This document shows positions 52,899 through 62,799 of a stretch of 64,000 nucleotides of DNA, piece after piece. This DNA is from Myxococcota bacterium (GTDB taxonomy: Bacteria > Myxococcota_A > UBA9160 > UBA4427), in assembly GCA_028823175.1 (NCBI GenBank), contig JAPKBZ010000001.1, positions 96,350-160,349 on the forward strand, in the 5' to 3' direction. A program made the translations under genes and the position numbers. Every line of letters starts with the position of its first letter. Positions within the stretch are counted from its first letter, which is position 1. The notes under the pieces are model-generated. The model ran no database searches. It was not told the DNA's origin and worked only from the letters and a program-made list of their open reading frames with translations.

Positions 52899-53178
52899 CT
52901 TCCCGCTCTCCCTCGGTTAAGCGCGCCGCTGCTCGGGTTATTCGCCCTGATACCCCGAGCTCACCGCGCTTTCATGCACTTGTTATGCACCCTCCATGCC
53001 AAGGCTCTCGAGGGAGTCAGGCCGGTCTAGGGGCTGGCGGGGCCCAACCCTTGCCGATTTCGTACGGACCTCTCCCGGTGAGGTGTTCCATATCGTGCTC
53101 GGACGGGGCCGGGATCGGGGGCCTAGACCCATGCCCCAAGCCAAGTTCTGAGCCTCTCGTCGTCGGGCACCCCGGGGC

Positions 53179-55599
53179 TTAGCGGCTGGGCGGGGCGACG
53201 CTCTGATTTCGGTAGACGAGGCTCATGAGTGCGGGGGAAACCAGGATATCGATGAGGAAGGCATTGGCGATGGTAATCCCCGTCAGCAGCCCGAAATAAT
53301 AGAGATTGCTCATCTCGGCGAAGATGAAGATGAAGAAGCCAAGCGAGAGCACTACCGAGGTTACGAAGAGGGCGCGCCCGGTGGTCCTCAGGGTTTCCCG
53401 GTTGGCGGCGTGGACGTCGCCACTCTTGAGAAAAGAGCGCCTGAAGTTGTACATGTAGTGGATGGTGTCGTCTACAGCGAGGCCGATCGCGATTCCGCCG
53501 AGCATCAAGGTGAAGACATCCATGATAATGCCGGTCCACCCCATGATTCCCAATGTGATGATGATGGGGGCGAGGTTGGGAAGCATGCTGACGATTCCCG
53601 TTCGCAGAGATCCGATCAGGAGAATCATGAGTGGGGTGATGATCAGAAGAGCGAGAATATAGCTTCTGGTCATGCTTCTGATCACCGCTCTGAGGGTGGC
53701 GCTCATGATGGGAATAAATCCCGTGGTGCTGACGCGAACATCTGGGCCAAGCCTCTCCTGGAAGAGGGCCAGGGTGGATGTGATATAGGGTTGATATTCG
53801 ATGGGGTCGACATAGGGGACGCGAATCGACACTCGCGCCATGCTGAATAGAGAATCCACCACGGGTTCGAGATCATCGGCCCCGCTATTTCCGAAGAGGA
53901 GCATTTCCTGAGCGATCAGTTCCCGGCTTTGGGGAATCGCATAATGCATCGGGTTATTTTCGTTCAGGGCCTGGCTGATCTCTTTGGTGATGGTGGCAAT
54001 AGAAATGGCTTTGCCCATTTTGACTCCCTCCATGGGCGGGAGCTGGGCCAGTTCGGCTTCAACTGAGTCGAGGGCCGTCATGAACTCGACGGACTGAACA
54101 CCATTTTCGGTGCCGCTATCGGCCAGAATTTCGATGACCATGGATCCGTTCATTTGCTCGTCGAAGAGTTGGGTAGCCAGGCGAAAAGAGTGTGATTCCG
54201 GCAGCCATTTCATGATGTCATGACCGAAACGGATCTGGGATGCCCCGAGGAGGCTGATGGCAACGACTGCCAGGGTCAGGAAGACAGCGGCTTTGGCATG
54301 GCGAATTGAAAAATCGCCTGTGGCAACGAGGATCTCTCCGATCCAGTCCGCTTCCTGCCCGACCTCGGTGTGATTTTCCTGGGTTTTTCGCGGGCGAATG
54401 GGCAAGGCGGCGAGCAGGGCGGGCAATAGGACCAAGCAATAGATGAGCGCCAGCAGGATGCCGATTGGGGCAAATATGCCGATGGCCATAACCGGTGCTA
54501 TCTCGGCGGAGATAAAGGAGAAGAGACCTCCGGCGGTGGTCAGGCTCGTCATACAAATCGGCAGACCGGTGTGCTTCAAGCTGAGCGCAATCGCCTCTTC
54601 CCGCTCGATCCCCCGATCGAGGTATTGGTAGAAGATGCTCAGGATGTGAACCGCTGCTCCGATGCCGACGGCGAGCAGAAGGGAAGGGAGAACTTGAGTG
54701 GGCGCGCTGAGAAACTCGCCGGCAATCGCCATACTCCCAATGGTTCCCGAGACCGACGGCAGCACGACGGCCAGGGGGAGTATCACGCCAGATATTCGTC
54801 GGAATAACACGAAGAGAAGCAGGGCAATGATCAAGATCATGAGGGCGACGAAACGAGCCATGTTGGTCTGGATCGCCTCGACGAGATCACTTTGGAGAGC
54901 GGGCTGCCCGCTGACCTGTATTCTGAATCCTTCCGCATCGAACCGGCGCGCAATCTCCCGCACTGCGACAACGACTTCGGTGTTCTCGGCCCCCGATAAG
55001 AAATCAGCTTGCTCATCGACCAGATCGTCAGCGAACCCTTCCTCGTAGTTGAATTCATCACTCACGGAGTAAGCGACGGTTTCGATACTCACGGTTGCCA
55101 GCCGGCCATCCCGTGAGATGAGAAGGTTTTCGTAGAGGGGGTTGCCCGTGACGTAGTTCCGAAGCCTCTCCCAGTCCTCTGGGTTCTCAGGCCAATCTTC
55201 GAGCAGGTCTTCGACGATGAGCTCGTCGGCTTCGCCCCGAGTCACCCGGGCATTGATCAGGCTGCGGACTTCCTCGAGATAGGGCACCTGCTCTTCGAGA
55301 GATTCGTGGAGTTCGCCCAGGCGGGCGAGAAAGTCGGGCGCCAGAACGTCGGGTCCCTCGATGGCCATGATCAGAACTTCGCCGCGCCCGAATTGATCGC
55401 GGAACTCGTCATAGAGTTCTTTGGCGGGAGCACCCTCGCGTAGAAAGGATTCCGTGGAGGTATCGATAATGACGTTCGGTGCCTGGGAAGACAGCGAAGC
55501 CGCGAACCCGAGGGTGAGCGCGATGATCACCCAGCGGCGACGGGAGATGAAATAGCCGAACGACTCGAAGCGAGACTCAATTCGATCTCTTATGTCCAA
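53179..55599 (-). CDS. MMPL/RND-superfamily exporter (COG1033-type, two SSD-like 6-TM bundles)
   Basis: 806 aa. It has an N-terminal TM, a large periplasmic loop and two blocks of 5-6 TM ('MARFVALMILIIALLLFVLF...', 'ILALLIITPLMILLIGSL...'), as in HpnN/MMPL-like transporters. Confidence 0.85.
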   Translation of the reverse strand: MDIRDRIESRFESFGYFISRRRWVIIALTLGFAASLSSQAPNVIIDTSTESFLREGAPAKELYDEFRDQFGRGEVLIMAIEGPDVLAPDFLARLGELHESLEEQVPYLEEVRSLINARVTRGEADELIVEDLLEDWPENPEDWERLRNYVTGNPLYENLLISRDGRLATVSIETVAYSVSDEFNYEEGFADDLVDEQADFLSGAENTEVVVAVREIARRFDAEGFRIQVSGQPALQSDLVEAIQTNMARFVALMILIIALLLFVLFRRISGVILPLAVVLPSVSGTIGSMAIAGEFLSAPTQVLPSLLLAVGIGAAVHILSIFYQYLDRGIEREEAIALSLKHTGLPICMTSLTTAGGLFSFISAEIAPVMAIGIFAPIGILLALIYCLVLLPALLAALPIRPRKTQENHTEVGQEADWIGEILVATGDFSIRHAKAAVFLTLAVVAISLLGASQIRFGHDIMKWLPESHSFRLATQLFDEQMNGSMVIEILADSGTENGVQSVEFMTALDSVEAELAQLPPMEGVKMGKAISIATITKEISQALNENNPMHYAIPQSRELIAQEMLLFGNSGADDLEPVVDSLFSMARVSIRVPYVDPIEYQPYITSTLALFQERLGPDVRVSTTGFIPIMSATLRAVIRSMTRSYILALLIITPLMILLIGSLRTGIVSMLPNLAPIIITLGIMGWTGIIMDVFTLMLGGIAIGLAVDDTIHYMYNFRRSFLKSGDVHAANRETLRTTGRALFVTSVVLSLGFFIFIFAEMSNLYYFGLLTGITIANAFLIDILVSPALMSLVYRNQSVAPPSR

Positions 55600-55822
55600 A
55601 GGATTCTCTCGGCTCTCATATCGGGGTTCGGGGCTTTGAACAAGCGCGACTGATAATAGGTCTACATTGTATGTGCTTCTTAGTATCGCTGCCCTCGGAC
55701 TCGCCTTCCCCTATGGTGTGAGAGCGAAAGAGGTTGTCGTCCATTCTTATTGGGCCGCAGTAAAAAATCGCAGACACGACCCCGGCCAGCGAGTGAACTC
55801 AAACGGAGAGGGAAACCGTCTC

Positions 55823-57253
55823 ATGCGTTACCATTTCAAATATCCCGCAAGCCCTTCGAATAATCGGCGTCGCTTGGGGGGCGCTATTCGGATATCGAGC
55901 CTGCTCTTGGTCGTGATCGGAGCGGTGCTGAGCCTATTGCTGGCTCTGTGGTTGTTCTCTCCATCGGTTCGCAAGGCGACCACCCTGGGCGTCGCCGAGA
56001 TTGCCGGGAACGTGGCAGAGGGCTACATGGCCGACACTCGACCCGTTGAGGTGATTCAGATAGCGGATATCGTTTTCCAGGCGACAGGGATAGCCAATAC
56101 CCAGTTGATCCCGACATCAGAGGGCTATGTCGTCTTCGATACAGGCCTCTCGATCCAGGCAGCCAAGCAAAAGAGGCTTCTGGAGGAAGCCGCCGGTATA
56201 GGCCCGATTACCGAGATCATCCTCAGCCACTCTCACCAGGACCATGTCGGGGGTGTTTCCTTCTGGCTCGAAGACGACAGCGAGATCATTGCTCATGCCG
56301 AGTTCGAAGAAGAGCAACGCTATTTGAAAGAACTGGAGCCCTATCTCTGGACTCGAAATAGGCGACTCTTTCCCTGGATGCCCGAAGAGCCCGTTTCAGG
56401 GGGGCCTCTAGAGTTTGGGAAGATAGAGCCGACGCTTAGAGTGGACGGAGAAGAGAGCCTGACCTTCGAGCGGGGCGGCATCCGGTTCGAGGTGATTCCG
56501 ACGCCGGGCGCAGAAGGTGCCGACAACCTTTGCCTCTGGCTTCCCGATCAGAAAATTTTGCTCTCGGGCGATTTCTTTGGCCCCATCTTTCCCCAGTTTC
56601 CGAATATCTTCACCATGCGCGGCGAGAAGACAAGGAAACCCATCGAGTATATCCGCTCCCTCGATCGTCTTATCGCCCTCGAACCTGAAATCGTGATCCC
56701 GTCGCATCTCTCGCCGGCTTACGGGAGAGAAGAGATCAAGGCAGCGATGACGAGAATGCGCGATGCGGTGCAGTTCGTTCACGATGCGACGGTGGAGGGA
56801 ATGAATTCGGGCCGGACTGTCTATGAACTGATGGAGGAGATCGAACTTCCGCCAGAGCTCGAACTTAGCCAGATCCACGGAAAGGTCTCTTGGGGGGTCA
56901 AGAGTATCTGGGAGTACTACGCGACATGGTTTCACCATGATTCGACGACCGAACTCTACGCGGTGCCCGCCCGTTCCCTCTATGGTGAGCTCGCTGAACT
57001 CGCGGGCCCAGAGAAGTTGGTGGCGCGGGGGCGCGCCTATCTGACGGAAGGGAAGCCGGTGGAGAGCCTCCACTTCTCCGAAATTGTGCTCGAGGCGGAT
57101 CCGAACTCCCGCTCCGCCCTGGAATTGCATCGAGACGCTCTCGAGGAGTTGCTCGCCCGGGCGAGGAAGGGTCACCAGAATGCTTTTGAGCTCGGGTGGC
57201 TTGGATCCCGTCTGGGGGAGATCCGGGCTCGTTTGGAACTCGCGGCTCCCTAG
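55823..57253 (+). CDS. membrane-anchored MBL-fold hydrolase with alkyl-sulfatase-type dimerisation domain
   Basis: ATG 55823 follows GGAGAGGGA. The TM is 'SSLLLVVIGAVLSLLLALWLF', the MBL motif is 'ILSHSHQDHVGG', and the C-terminus is TPR-like/alkyl-sulfatase dimerisation-like. The track ORF starts at 55667. Confidence 0.8.
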   Translation: MRYHFKYPASPSNNRRRLGGAIRISSLLLVVIGAVLSLLLALWLFSPSVRKATTLGVAEIAGNVAEGYMADTRPVEVIQIADIVFQATGIANTQLIPTSEGYVVFDTGLSIQAAKQKRLLEEAAGIGPITEIILSHSHQDHVGGVSFWLEDDSEIIAHAEFEEEQRYLKELEPYLWTRNRRLFPWMPEEPVSGGPLEFGKIEPTLRVDGEESLTFERGGIRFEVIPTPGAEGADNLCLWLPDQKILLSGDFFGPIFPQFPNIFTMRGEKTRKPIEYIRSLDRLIALEPEIVIPSHLSPAYGREEIKAAMTRMRDAVQFVHDATVEGMNSGRTVYELMEEIELPPELELSQIHGKVSWGVKSIWEYYATWFHHDSTTELYAVPARSLYGELAELAGPEKLVARGRAYLTEGKPVESLHFSEIVLEADPNSRSALELHRDALEELLARARKGHQNAFELGWLGSRLGEIRARLELAAP

Positions 57254-58614
57254 GCAAATCCCAGGGGCTGAACCGGGAATTCCTGGGCTTCGAGGCGTTC
57301 GGAAAGGGTCTCGAGGGAAGGGGAGGGGGTACCCTCATGGGGCGTCAGGAAGGAGGCTTCCTCCAAGGCGGCCTCGAGCGGCATATTCTCGAGGCCCGCG
57401 TCGCGCAGGGCATGGATCAGCTTGAGGCTCCTGAATCCATCGAAGTGCCCAAGGATTCGGGGGCGAAGGCCGCTTCCACCGGCGGCGAGCATGCTCTCCG
57501 CCGCCTGGAGGTCGCCCCGCTCACCCAGGGTTCGGGTCAGCAGGTCGGCATCGACCCGGGGGTCGGCTTGGGCGTGCTGCCCGACGAGTTCGGCCAGCGG
57601 CGGGTTTGGGCTCCCGGCTTCGCACGCGTCCTCGAGAGCGGCCTGCCAGGCCCTTAGGGCGTGGAAAACCCCAGGAGCATAGGTCTGGAGCTCCAGATTC
57701 CCCTGCTCAAGAAGGCGCCGTATCGCGGCCCCGGTTCCGAAGGGAACGCGAGAGGACACTCGGGAAGAGAGCTCGAGGGCCTGGCCTTGCAGGGGCCGAA
57801 TGCTTCCGACTTTCGCGAGTTTGTTGAGCAGGTAGAAATCTTCGGCCGCTTCGCGACGAGGGAAGCCTCTCACTCGCGCGTATGCGTTGGCATGAATCGC
57901 CAGGGTGCTACCGATCGAATGAAACGCATAGGGTGAACGCGCGAAGCGAAGGCCGAGGACGTAATAACGAAGCGAAATCTCATAGCGAAGTGCTGCCTGG
58001 TAAGCATTGCGATCGTCGCCCTCCACATGACGGAATCGGTATAGAAGAGCTGCTTCGTTCTTCTCTGATTGAGATTCGGTCTGTTCGAAATAATCCTCGG
58101 GGAAGATGGCGTCGGCATCGCTGCAATGAATCCAGGGGGATTCGATGAGGCCTTCGTCGACTAGCGCATGAAGTAGGTCGGCCCCGATCTTTCGCGCCAA
58201 ACCCACTCCTTGACCATCCGGCAGTGGGCTCTCCGAGCTTCGATCAATCACGAGCAATTTTCCGGCTGAATGTGAGTGGATACGTACCGAGGCCCCGAGT
58301 GATTTTCCCTCGCCATAATCGGCCCGGATACCCAGGAGCGTGCGAGTATTGGTTGCCTGAGATTCGGGGGAGGCGCCCCCGGGAGCATTGACGACCAATA
58401 CGATCAACGCTTCGCCTCGAGGCCCCGGGCGGAGAGAGCGAAGGCCAGGCGTGATTCCCTTTCCCTCATTGAAGCAGGGTATGGTGAGCCCATGGCCGAA
58501 GACCATCGAAAGACCGTGAAGTTTTTCGAAGAGAGCACTTTCCGGCTCTGCGTAGAGGGCACGGTACTTTCGGGCAGATTTCTCGCCTGAAGAATAGGTA
58601 GTGGGCTTTCGCAT
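57250..58614 (-). CDS. GT-A fold glycosyltransferase family 2-like protein with helical C-terminal extension
   Basis: It has 'LTIPCFNEG', 'GVGLARKIGADL', 'CSDADA' (DxD) and 'AEDFYLLNKLAKVG'. The start is uncertain (58614 or Met-37 at 58506). It lies 23 bp downstream of miaE. Confidence 0.6.
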   Translation of the reverse strand: MRKPTTYSSGEKSARKYRALYAEPESALFEKLHGLSMVFGHGLTIPCFNEGKGITPGLRSLRPGPRGEALIVLVVNAPGGASPESQATNTRTLLGIRADYGEGKSLGASVRIHSHSAGKLLVIDRSSESPLPDGQGVGLARKIGADLLHALVDEGLIESPWIHCSDADAIFPEDYFEQTESQSEKNEAALLYRFRHVEGDDRNAYQAALRYEISLRYYVLGLRFARSPYAFHSIGSTLAIHANAYARVRGFPRREAAEDFYLLNKLAKVGSIRPLQGQALELSSRVSSRVPFGTGAAIRRLLEQGNLELQTYAPGVFHALRAWQAALEDACEAGSPNPPLAELVGQHAQADPRVDADLLTRTLGERGDLQAAESMLAAGGSGLRPRILGHFDGFRSLKLIHALRDAGLENMPLEAALEEASFLTPHEGTPSPSLETLSERLEAQEFPVQPLGFA

Positions 58615-58636
58615 CTTGAACTTCGATCTCGGGCGA

Positions 58637-59269
58637 TCAGTGGACGATCGGTCGGACGGGGAGCGAGCGCAGAACTGCGGCCTCGCACTCGAATAATTCG
58701 CCTTGACGTTCGTCGACTAGGCTGGCGTCGAAATAGTTCTGGGCGAGTCGGTAGAAGAGCATGTGGTGCCGAGATTCAGAGCGTGTGATGTCCTGGTAGA
58801 AATTTTTGAGTGGGCCGGCTTCGAGGGCGTCGGCGACCAACCCGAAGCGCTCACACCCCCGGGCCTCGACGATCCCGCTGACCAGTAGGCGGTCGAGAAA
58901 GTAGTCTTCAGAGCCTTTTCGGATTTCCTTCCGAAGACCCTGAATATAAAGGTCTTTTTCATCACGACCCAGGACGAGACCAGCGGCCTGGACGAGCCAG
59001 ATTGTCTGGTGAAAGTGTTCGAGTTCCTCGCGTGCGAGAAGCAGCATATCCCGCACGAGTTCCGGCCGGTCCGGGTAGTGGCTCACCAGGGAGAGGGCGG
59101 TGGCGGACGCCTTCCTTTCGCAAGTCGCGTGGTCGAGAAGGAAAGCATCGAAGTTGGCGAGAACAACTTCGACCCACTCTCTTGGGCTCGCGATCAGAAG
59201 CTTCGACACGTTGGGTTCTCCGTTCAGAGAGGGGCAGCGGGGGTTTTGAAAGAACCGGACTTTGGGCAT
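58637..59269 (-). CDS. miaE: tRNA-(ms2io6A37)-hydroxylase MiaE family (di-iron)
   Basis: 210 aa with 'FLLDHATCERKASATALSLVSHYPDRPEL', 'REELEHFHQ', 'IVEARGCERF' and 'SESRHHMLF', the MiaE ferritin-like di-iron ligand pattern. Confidence 0.8.
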   Translation of the reverse strand: MPKVRFFQNPRCPSLNGEPNVSKLLIASPREWVEVVLANFDAFLLDHATCERKASATALSLVSHYPDRPELVRDMLLLAREELEHFHQTIWLVQAAGLVLGRDEKDLYIQGLRKEIRKGSEDYFLDRLLVSGIVEARGCERFGLVADALEAGPLKNFYQDITRSESRHHMLFYRLAQNYFDASLVDERQGELFECEAAVLRSLPVRPIVH

Positions 59270-59307
59270 TCCGTTTTGAGGTCGAGGCTATCTTTCCTGA
59301 CCGTTGT

Positions 59308-60735
59308 CTACTTCTCCGTACCGAGCCCGAGGTGTTCAAACATCAGTCCGTATATTTCGGGTTGTGTCACCATTCCGGGAACCAGGCCTCTGCCCACCTC
59401 ATTGGCCATGAGGGGAACTTGTGCACCCGTATGCTCCTCCATCATGAAATCGTTGGTCGCGTAGTTGACGGCGAGTCCCGCGCCTTCGGGTGTCATCAGG
59501 CGAACGATCTGCCCCAGGCTGTAGACCGGTGCACCGAATTGCCCGAAGAGGCTTTCGTAGGGGATGATTTGCGCTGCATGGCCGTGGTCGGCGGTGACCA
59601 AGATCAACGTGTTCGGATTTTTCTCGGCGAATGCGAGCGCGCTCTCCAGTGCTTCGTTGAGTTGTTCAAGCTCGCCGATAGACCCGCAGGCATTTCGAGC
59701 ATGCGCCTGCTTGTCGATCGATGCCGATTCAATCATAAGGAAGAAGCCGTTTTTATTTTCGTGACCGAGCTGAAGCAGGGCGGCATCTGTCATCGCCTTG
59801 AGACTGGGAGTATTCCCGTAATCTGGGTTGGCTTCACATTTCATTGGTTCGGGAAGCTCAACGCTTCCGAGGTACCAGTGGACACTATTGAGAAGACTGG
59901 GGTCGGCCTTCTCGGCGCCCCGGCCATCCTCGCCCCGGGTGCGTACCGGTAGAGTGCTTTCACCAAAGAGTCCCAACACGCGTTTACCAGCGGGCAGGGA
60001 GGCAAGCTCGTCTCCAGTAGTGACCACTTCGAAGCCGTTCCTCCGCGCCAAATCGCTCACGCTTTCGCCGCCCGCCTCGGTGGGGGTTTCGAAATGCTTG
60101 CTTCCTCCCCCAAGAATGACGTCCACCCCCGAGTTGGCGAGTTGCTCAGAGATCGAGCCGGGACCCCCGTTCGCGATCAGGTCGTCGGGACAACTGCCCA
60201 GGGCGACGCCCATGTAGGTGATGTCGATCATATTGGCAGGATCGGCACACATTCGAAGCTTGACATGAGCGGCAAAGGAGGCCGGCGTGGCGTCTGTGAC
60301 GCTCGAGGTGGCCACGAGCCCTGTTTTGAGCCCCTTTTGCTGGGCTTGCTCGAGAATGGTCACAACGTCCTCATCGCTGCCAGCTCGAGTCCCGATTCGG
60401 CCTCGGCTAGTGACGATTCCGGTGGAAATCGAGGTCGCGCTATTCGCCGAGTCCGCGACATAGACGGGTAGATCCGGATTTTCTTCATCGACCGTGAGAA
60501 CTTGGGCCGTGCTGCGAACTGGAAGTGAGTCGAGAATCAGCCGGCCATTGGCACCGACGAGGTAATTGCGCGCGATAGAAATCTGCACGTCGTCCATGCC
60601 GTCGCCAATGATCAGGATCACGTTCGGTGGATAGGATGCTTCGTCGCTTGCTAGAGCATTAAAGCCGGGAGCAGCAATGCAGAGCACCAGGGCGGCGAGG
60701 TATAGGCGTTTGAAAGAATTCGATATCGGTTGCAT
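59308..60735 (-). CDS. phoA: alkaline phosphatase (PhoA family), secreted
   Basis: From Met-78 (60735): signal 'LYLAALVLCIAAPGFNALA', 'NVILIIGDGMD', active-site 'DSANSATSISTG' and 'TADHGH'. The track ORF extends to 60966. Confidence 0.9.
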   Translation of the reverse strand: MQPISNSFKRLYLAALVLCIAAPGFNALASDEASYPPNVILIIGDGMDDVQISIARNYLVGANGRLILDSLPVRSTAQVLTVDEENPDLPVYVADSANSATSISTGIVTSRGRIGTRAGSDEDVVTILEQAQQKGLKTGLVATSSVTDATPASFAAHVKLRMCADPANMIDITYMGVALGSCPDDLIANGGPGSISEQLANSGVDVILGGGSKHFETPTEAGGESVSDLARRNGFEVVTTGDELASLPAGKRVLGLFGESTLPVRTRGEDGRGAEKADPSLLNSVHWYLGSVELPEPMKCEANPDYGNTPSLKAMTDAALLQLGHENKNGFFLMIESASIDKQAHARNACGSIGELEQLNEALESALAFAEKNPNTLILVTADHGHAAQIIPYESLFGQFGAPVYSLGQIVRLMTPEGAGLAVNYATNDFMMEEHTGAQVPLMANEVGRGLVPGMVTQPEIYGLMFEHLGLGTEK

Positions 60736-60797
60736 ATGATGAGCCTCGAGTAGATTGGAATCAGGTGAAGTAGGGGAAGCCGAGTGGGCTCGGCAGG

Positions 60798-61670
60798 CTA
60801 ATGCGGCGGGCGCGGGAAGAGGACGGGTGTTCGTTGTATGTAGTTCTGGTAGTTGCTGTTCTCGCCCCAGCGTTTTTGGCCCCGGGCTTTCAGTAGCGGA
60901 ATCCCACTGATACGGGTGAGGAGGATGAACACGAATAGAGGAGAAATGAGTGTCAACAACTGCCACCCGACTAGGCTGGGCAAAGCGACAAGGGCGATTC
61001 CTAGCCAGAGAAGGATCTCTCCGAAATAGTTAGGGTGCTGCGACCAGGCCCAGATTCCCGTGGTGATAAAACGGTTCTGGTTCTCCGGGCGGAGTCGAAA
61101 GCGCTTTTTTTGCTGGTCGGCGGTGATTTCGATGAGCATGCCGATGAGCCAGAAGCTAATTCCGATTGCCGCCATGATTCCTAGGGGAGCCTTTGTCGCG
61201 GAATTGATCGCGGTGAGTCCGCATGCGGCCGTAAGAAGAACCCAAAGTCCCTGTAGAACCCAGACCATGAGAAAACGCGGTGCTCGCGTTTTGAGTCGAT
61301 CGAAACGGCCGTCGGATCCATCGCGACGAATTCGCATGAATAGAAAAGTGCCGAGACGGGTGGCCCATAATGCGATCATGCCGCCGATCAGAAAGTCGCG
61401 TTTATCGAGGGCCGGCGATAGGGTCAGGCTGATTATAAGAAGGATCCAATAGGTAATAGAGCCGGCGAGATCAAAGTAGCGTTCCGTCTGGTAGGTGTAG
61501 GCAGGAATGAAAAAAATCCCATTCAGCCCGAAGGAAGTGGCTGCGCAGAGGGCAAAGACTGGGACGTTGCCCACGATCGCCCCTCCCTGACTCCCCGCCC
61601 ATGCGATGCCACCGCCGACGAGGAGAATGATGAAGATGAAGAGGATTGACTGTGCGGGCTCTCGGGGCAT
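60798..61670 (-). CDS. DUF1295 / steroid 5-alpha-reductase-like membrane protein
   Basis: 290 aa, multi-TM, with 'YQTERYFDLAGSITYW', 'TTGIWAWSQHPNYFGEILLWLG' and 'RTPVLFP'. Confidence 0.8.
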   Translation of the reverse strand: MPREPAQSILFIFIILLVGGGIAWAGSQGGAIVGNVPVFALCAATSFGLNGIFFIPAYTYQTERYFDLAGSITYWILLIISLTLSPALDKRDFLIGGMIALWATRLGTFLFMRIRRDGSDGRFDRLKTRAPRFLMVWVLQGLWVLLTAACGLTAINSATKAPLGIMAAIGISFWLIGMLIEITADQQKKRFRLRPENQNRFITTGIWAWSQHPNYFGEILLWLGIALVALPSLVGWQLLTLISPLFVFILLTRISGIPLLKARGQKRWGENSNYQNYIQRTPVLFPRPPH

Positions 61671-61904
61671 GGCAATTGACTAGCGCACCTCGCGGATTCG
61701 GAAAGTCGAGGTGCCCGCCTTCCGTGAAGAAAACTGCAGTTCCGCGTGGAAAAGGCGCGCAGGGAGCGAGATTCAGCCAGTTGGGGCGGTTTCTGTGGTG
61801 TTCTTTTTGACTCCGAAGGGTACGAAAAATCCGCCTCGATCGTCTATTCTCTAGCAGTTGTTCGTGAGCCCCAACTTAGTAAAACCGACAAGGAGAGAAA
61901 ACCG

Positions 61905-62669
61905 ATGTCCGCTCCCCAGACCTCCCCCGGCGAAATCGCTGGCTGGCCGATCTTGAAAATCAAGTACCGGACCGATCCCGAAAAAATCGCGGCTCTTTTG
62001 CCTCCTGGAATTGAGCCGAGTGATACCTCGAATGTGTCCCTGAATATCTACAACGTCCCGGTACCCGATGAGCCCGAGCAAGGGGTTTTGATCATGGTGG
62101 ACGCGGAATATCGCGGAACCAAGGGGCTCTACTCCATCGGATATGGCATCGATCAGGAATCCGCGATCATGATCAGCCACGACATGAACGGACAGCCCAA
62201 ATACCCCTGCGCTCTCGACTACTACCGCATGGGCGACAGTGTGACCGCTCGATGTACTCACCAGGGGTACACCTTTATCGAGTTCTCAGGAACGGTCACC
62301 GGGCCCGCTGCGGATCTCCCGGAGTACGAGGAAAACGAATGGTGGGTCAAGGTTTCCCGTGCCGTGGGAGGCGCCGAGAAGAGTTACGATTTTCCGCCCC
62401 ACGTCGTGAAGGTGCGGAGTTCCTATGCGACGACGTACCGGGAGGATGTTGAAGGAAGCCTGAAGCTGATCGAGAGCCCCTGGGATCCGATTCAAAGCCT
62501 GTTGCCCGTAACAGAATACCTTTCGGCTCAACTCGACACGCCAGCATGGCTCGGGCGCGAAATTACGTTGGAAGGGAAGCTTGACCCGGAGGCTTTCTGG
62601 CCCCATATCGATACCATCGGCGGCTCGCGGTGGCCGGGCGAGAACGGCGGACCGCGAAAGAGCGGTTGA
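61905..62669 (+). CDS. acetoacetate decarboxylase (ADC) family protein
   Basis: ATG 61905 follows AAGGAGAG. 'GWPILKIKYRTDPEKIAALLPPGIEP' and 'NVSLNIYNVP' are typical of ADC-family beta-cone proteins. Confidence 0.75.
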   Translation: MSAPQTSPGEIAGWPILKIKYRTDPEKIAALLPPGIEPSDTSNVSLNIYNVPVPDEPEQGVLIMVDAEYRGTKGLYSIGYGIDQESAIMISHDMNGQPKYPCALDYYRMGDSVTARCTHQGYTFIEFSGTVTGPAADLPEYEENEWWVKVSRAVGGAEKSYDFPPHVVKVRSSYATTYREDVEGSLKLIESPWDPIQSLLPVTEYLSAQLDTPAWLGREITLEGKLDPEAFWPHIDTIGGSRWPGENGGPRKSG

Positions 62670-62799
62670 GTATTTCCCTGGCTTGTGCTGGGACGGCCCG
62701 GTATTGATCCAGTGGGATTCAAAATGAGTTCGGGAAGCGTCGCGCCCAAGGGTCGCGGCGCTTCCCACGCCTCCTGTCCAGCTTCAAAAAGACTTCCTT

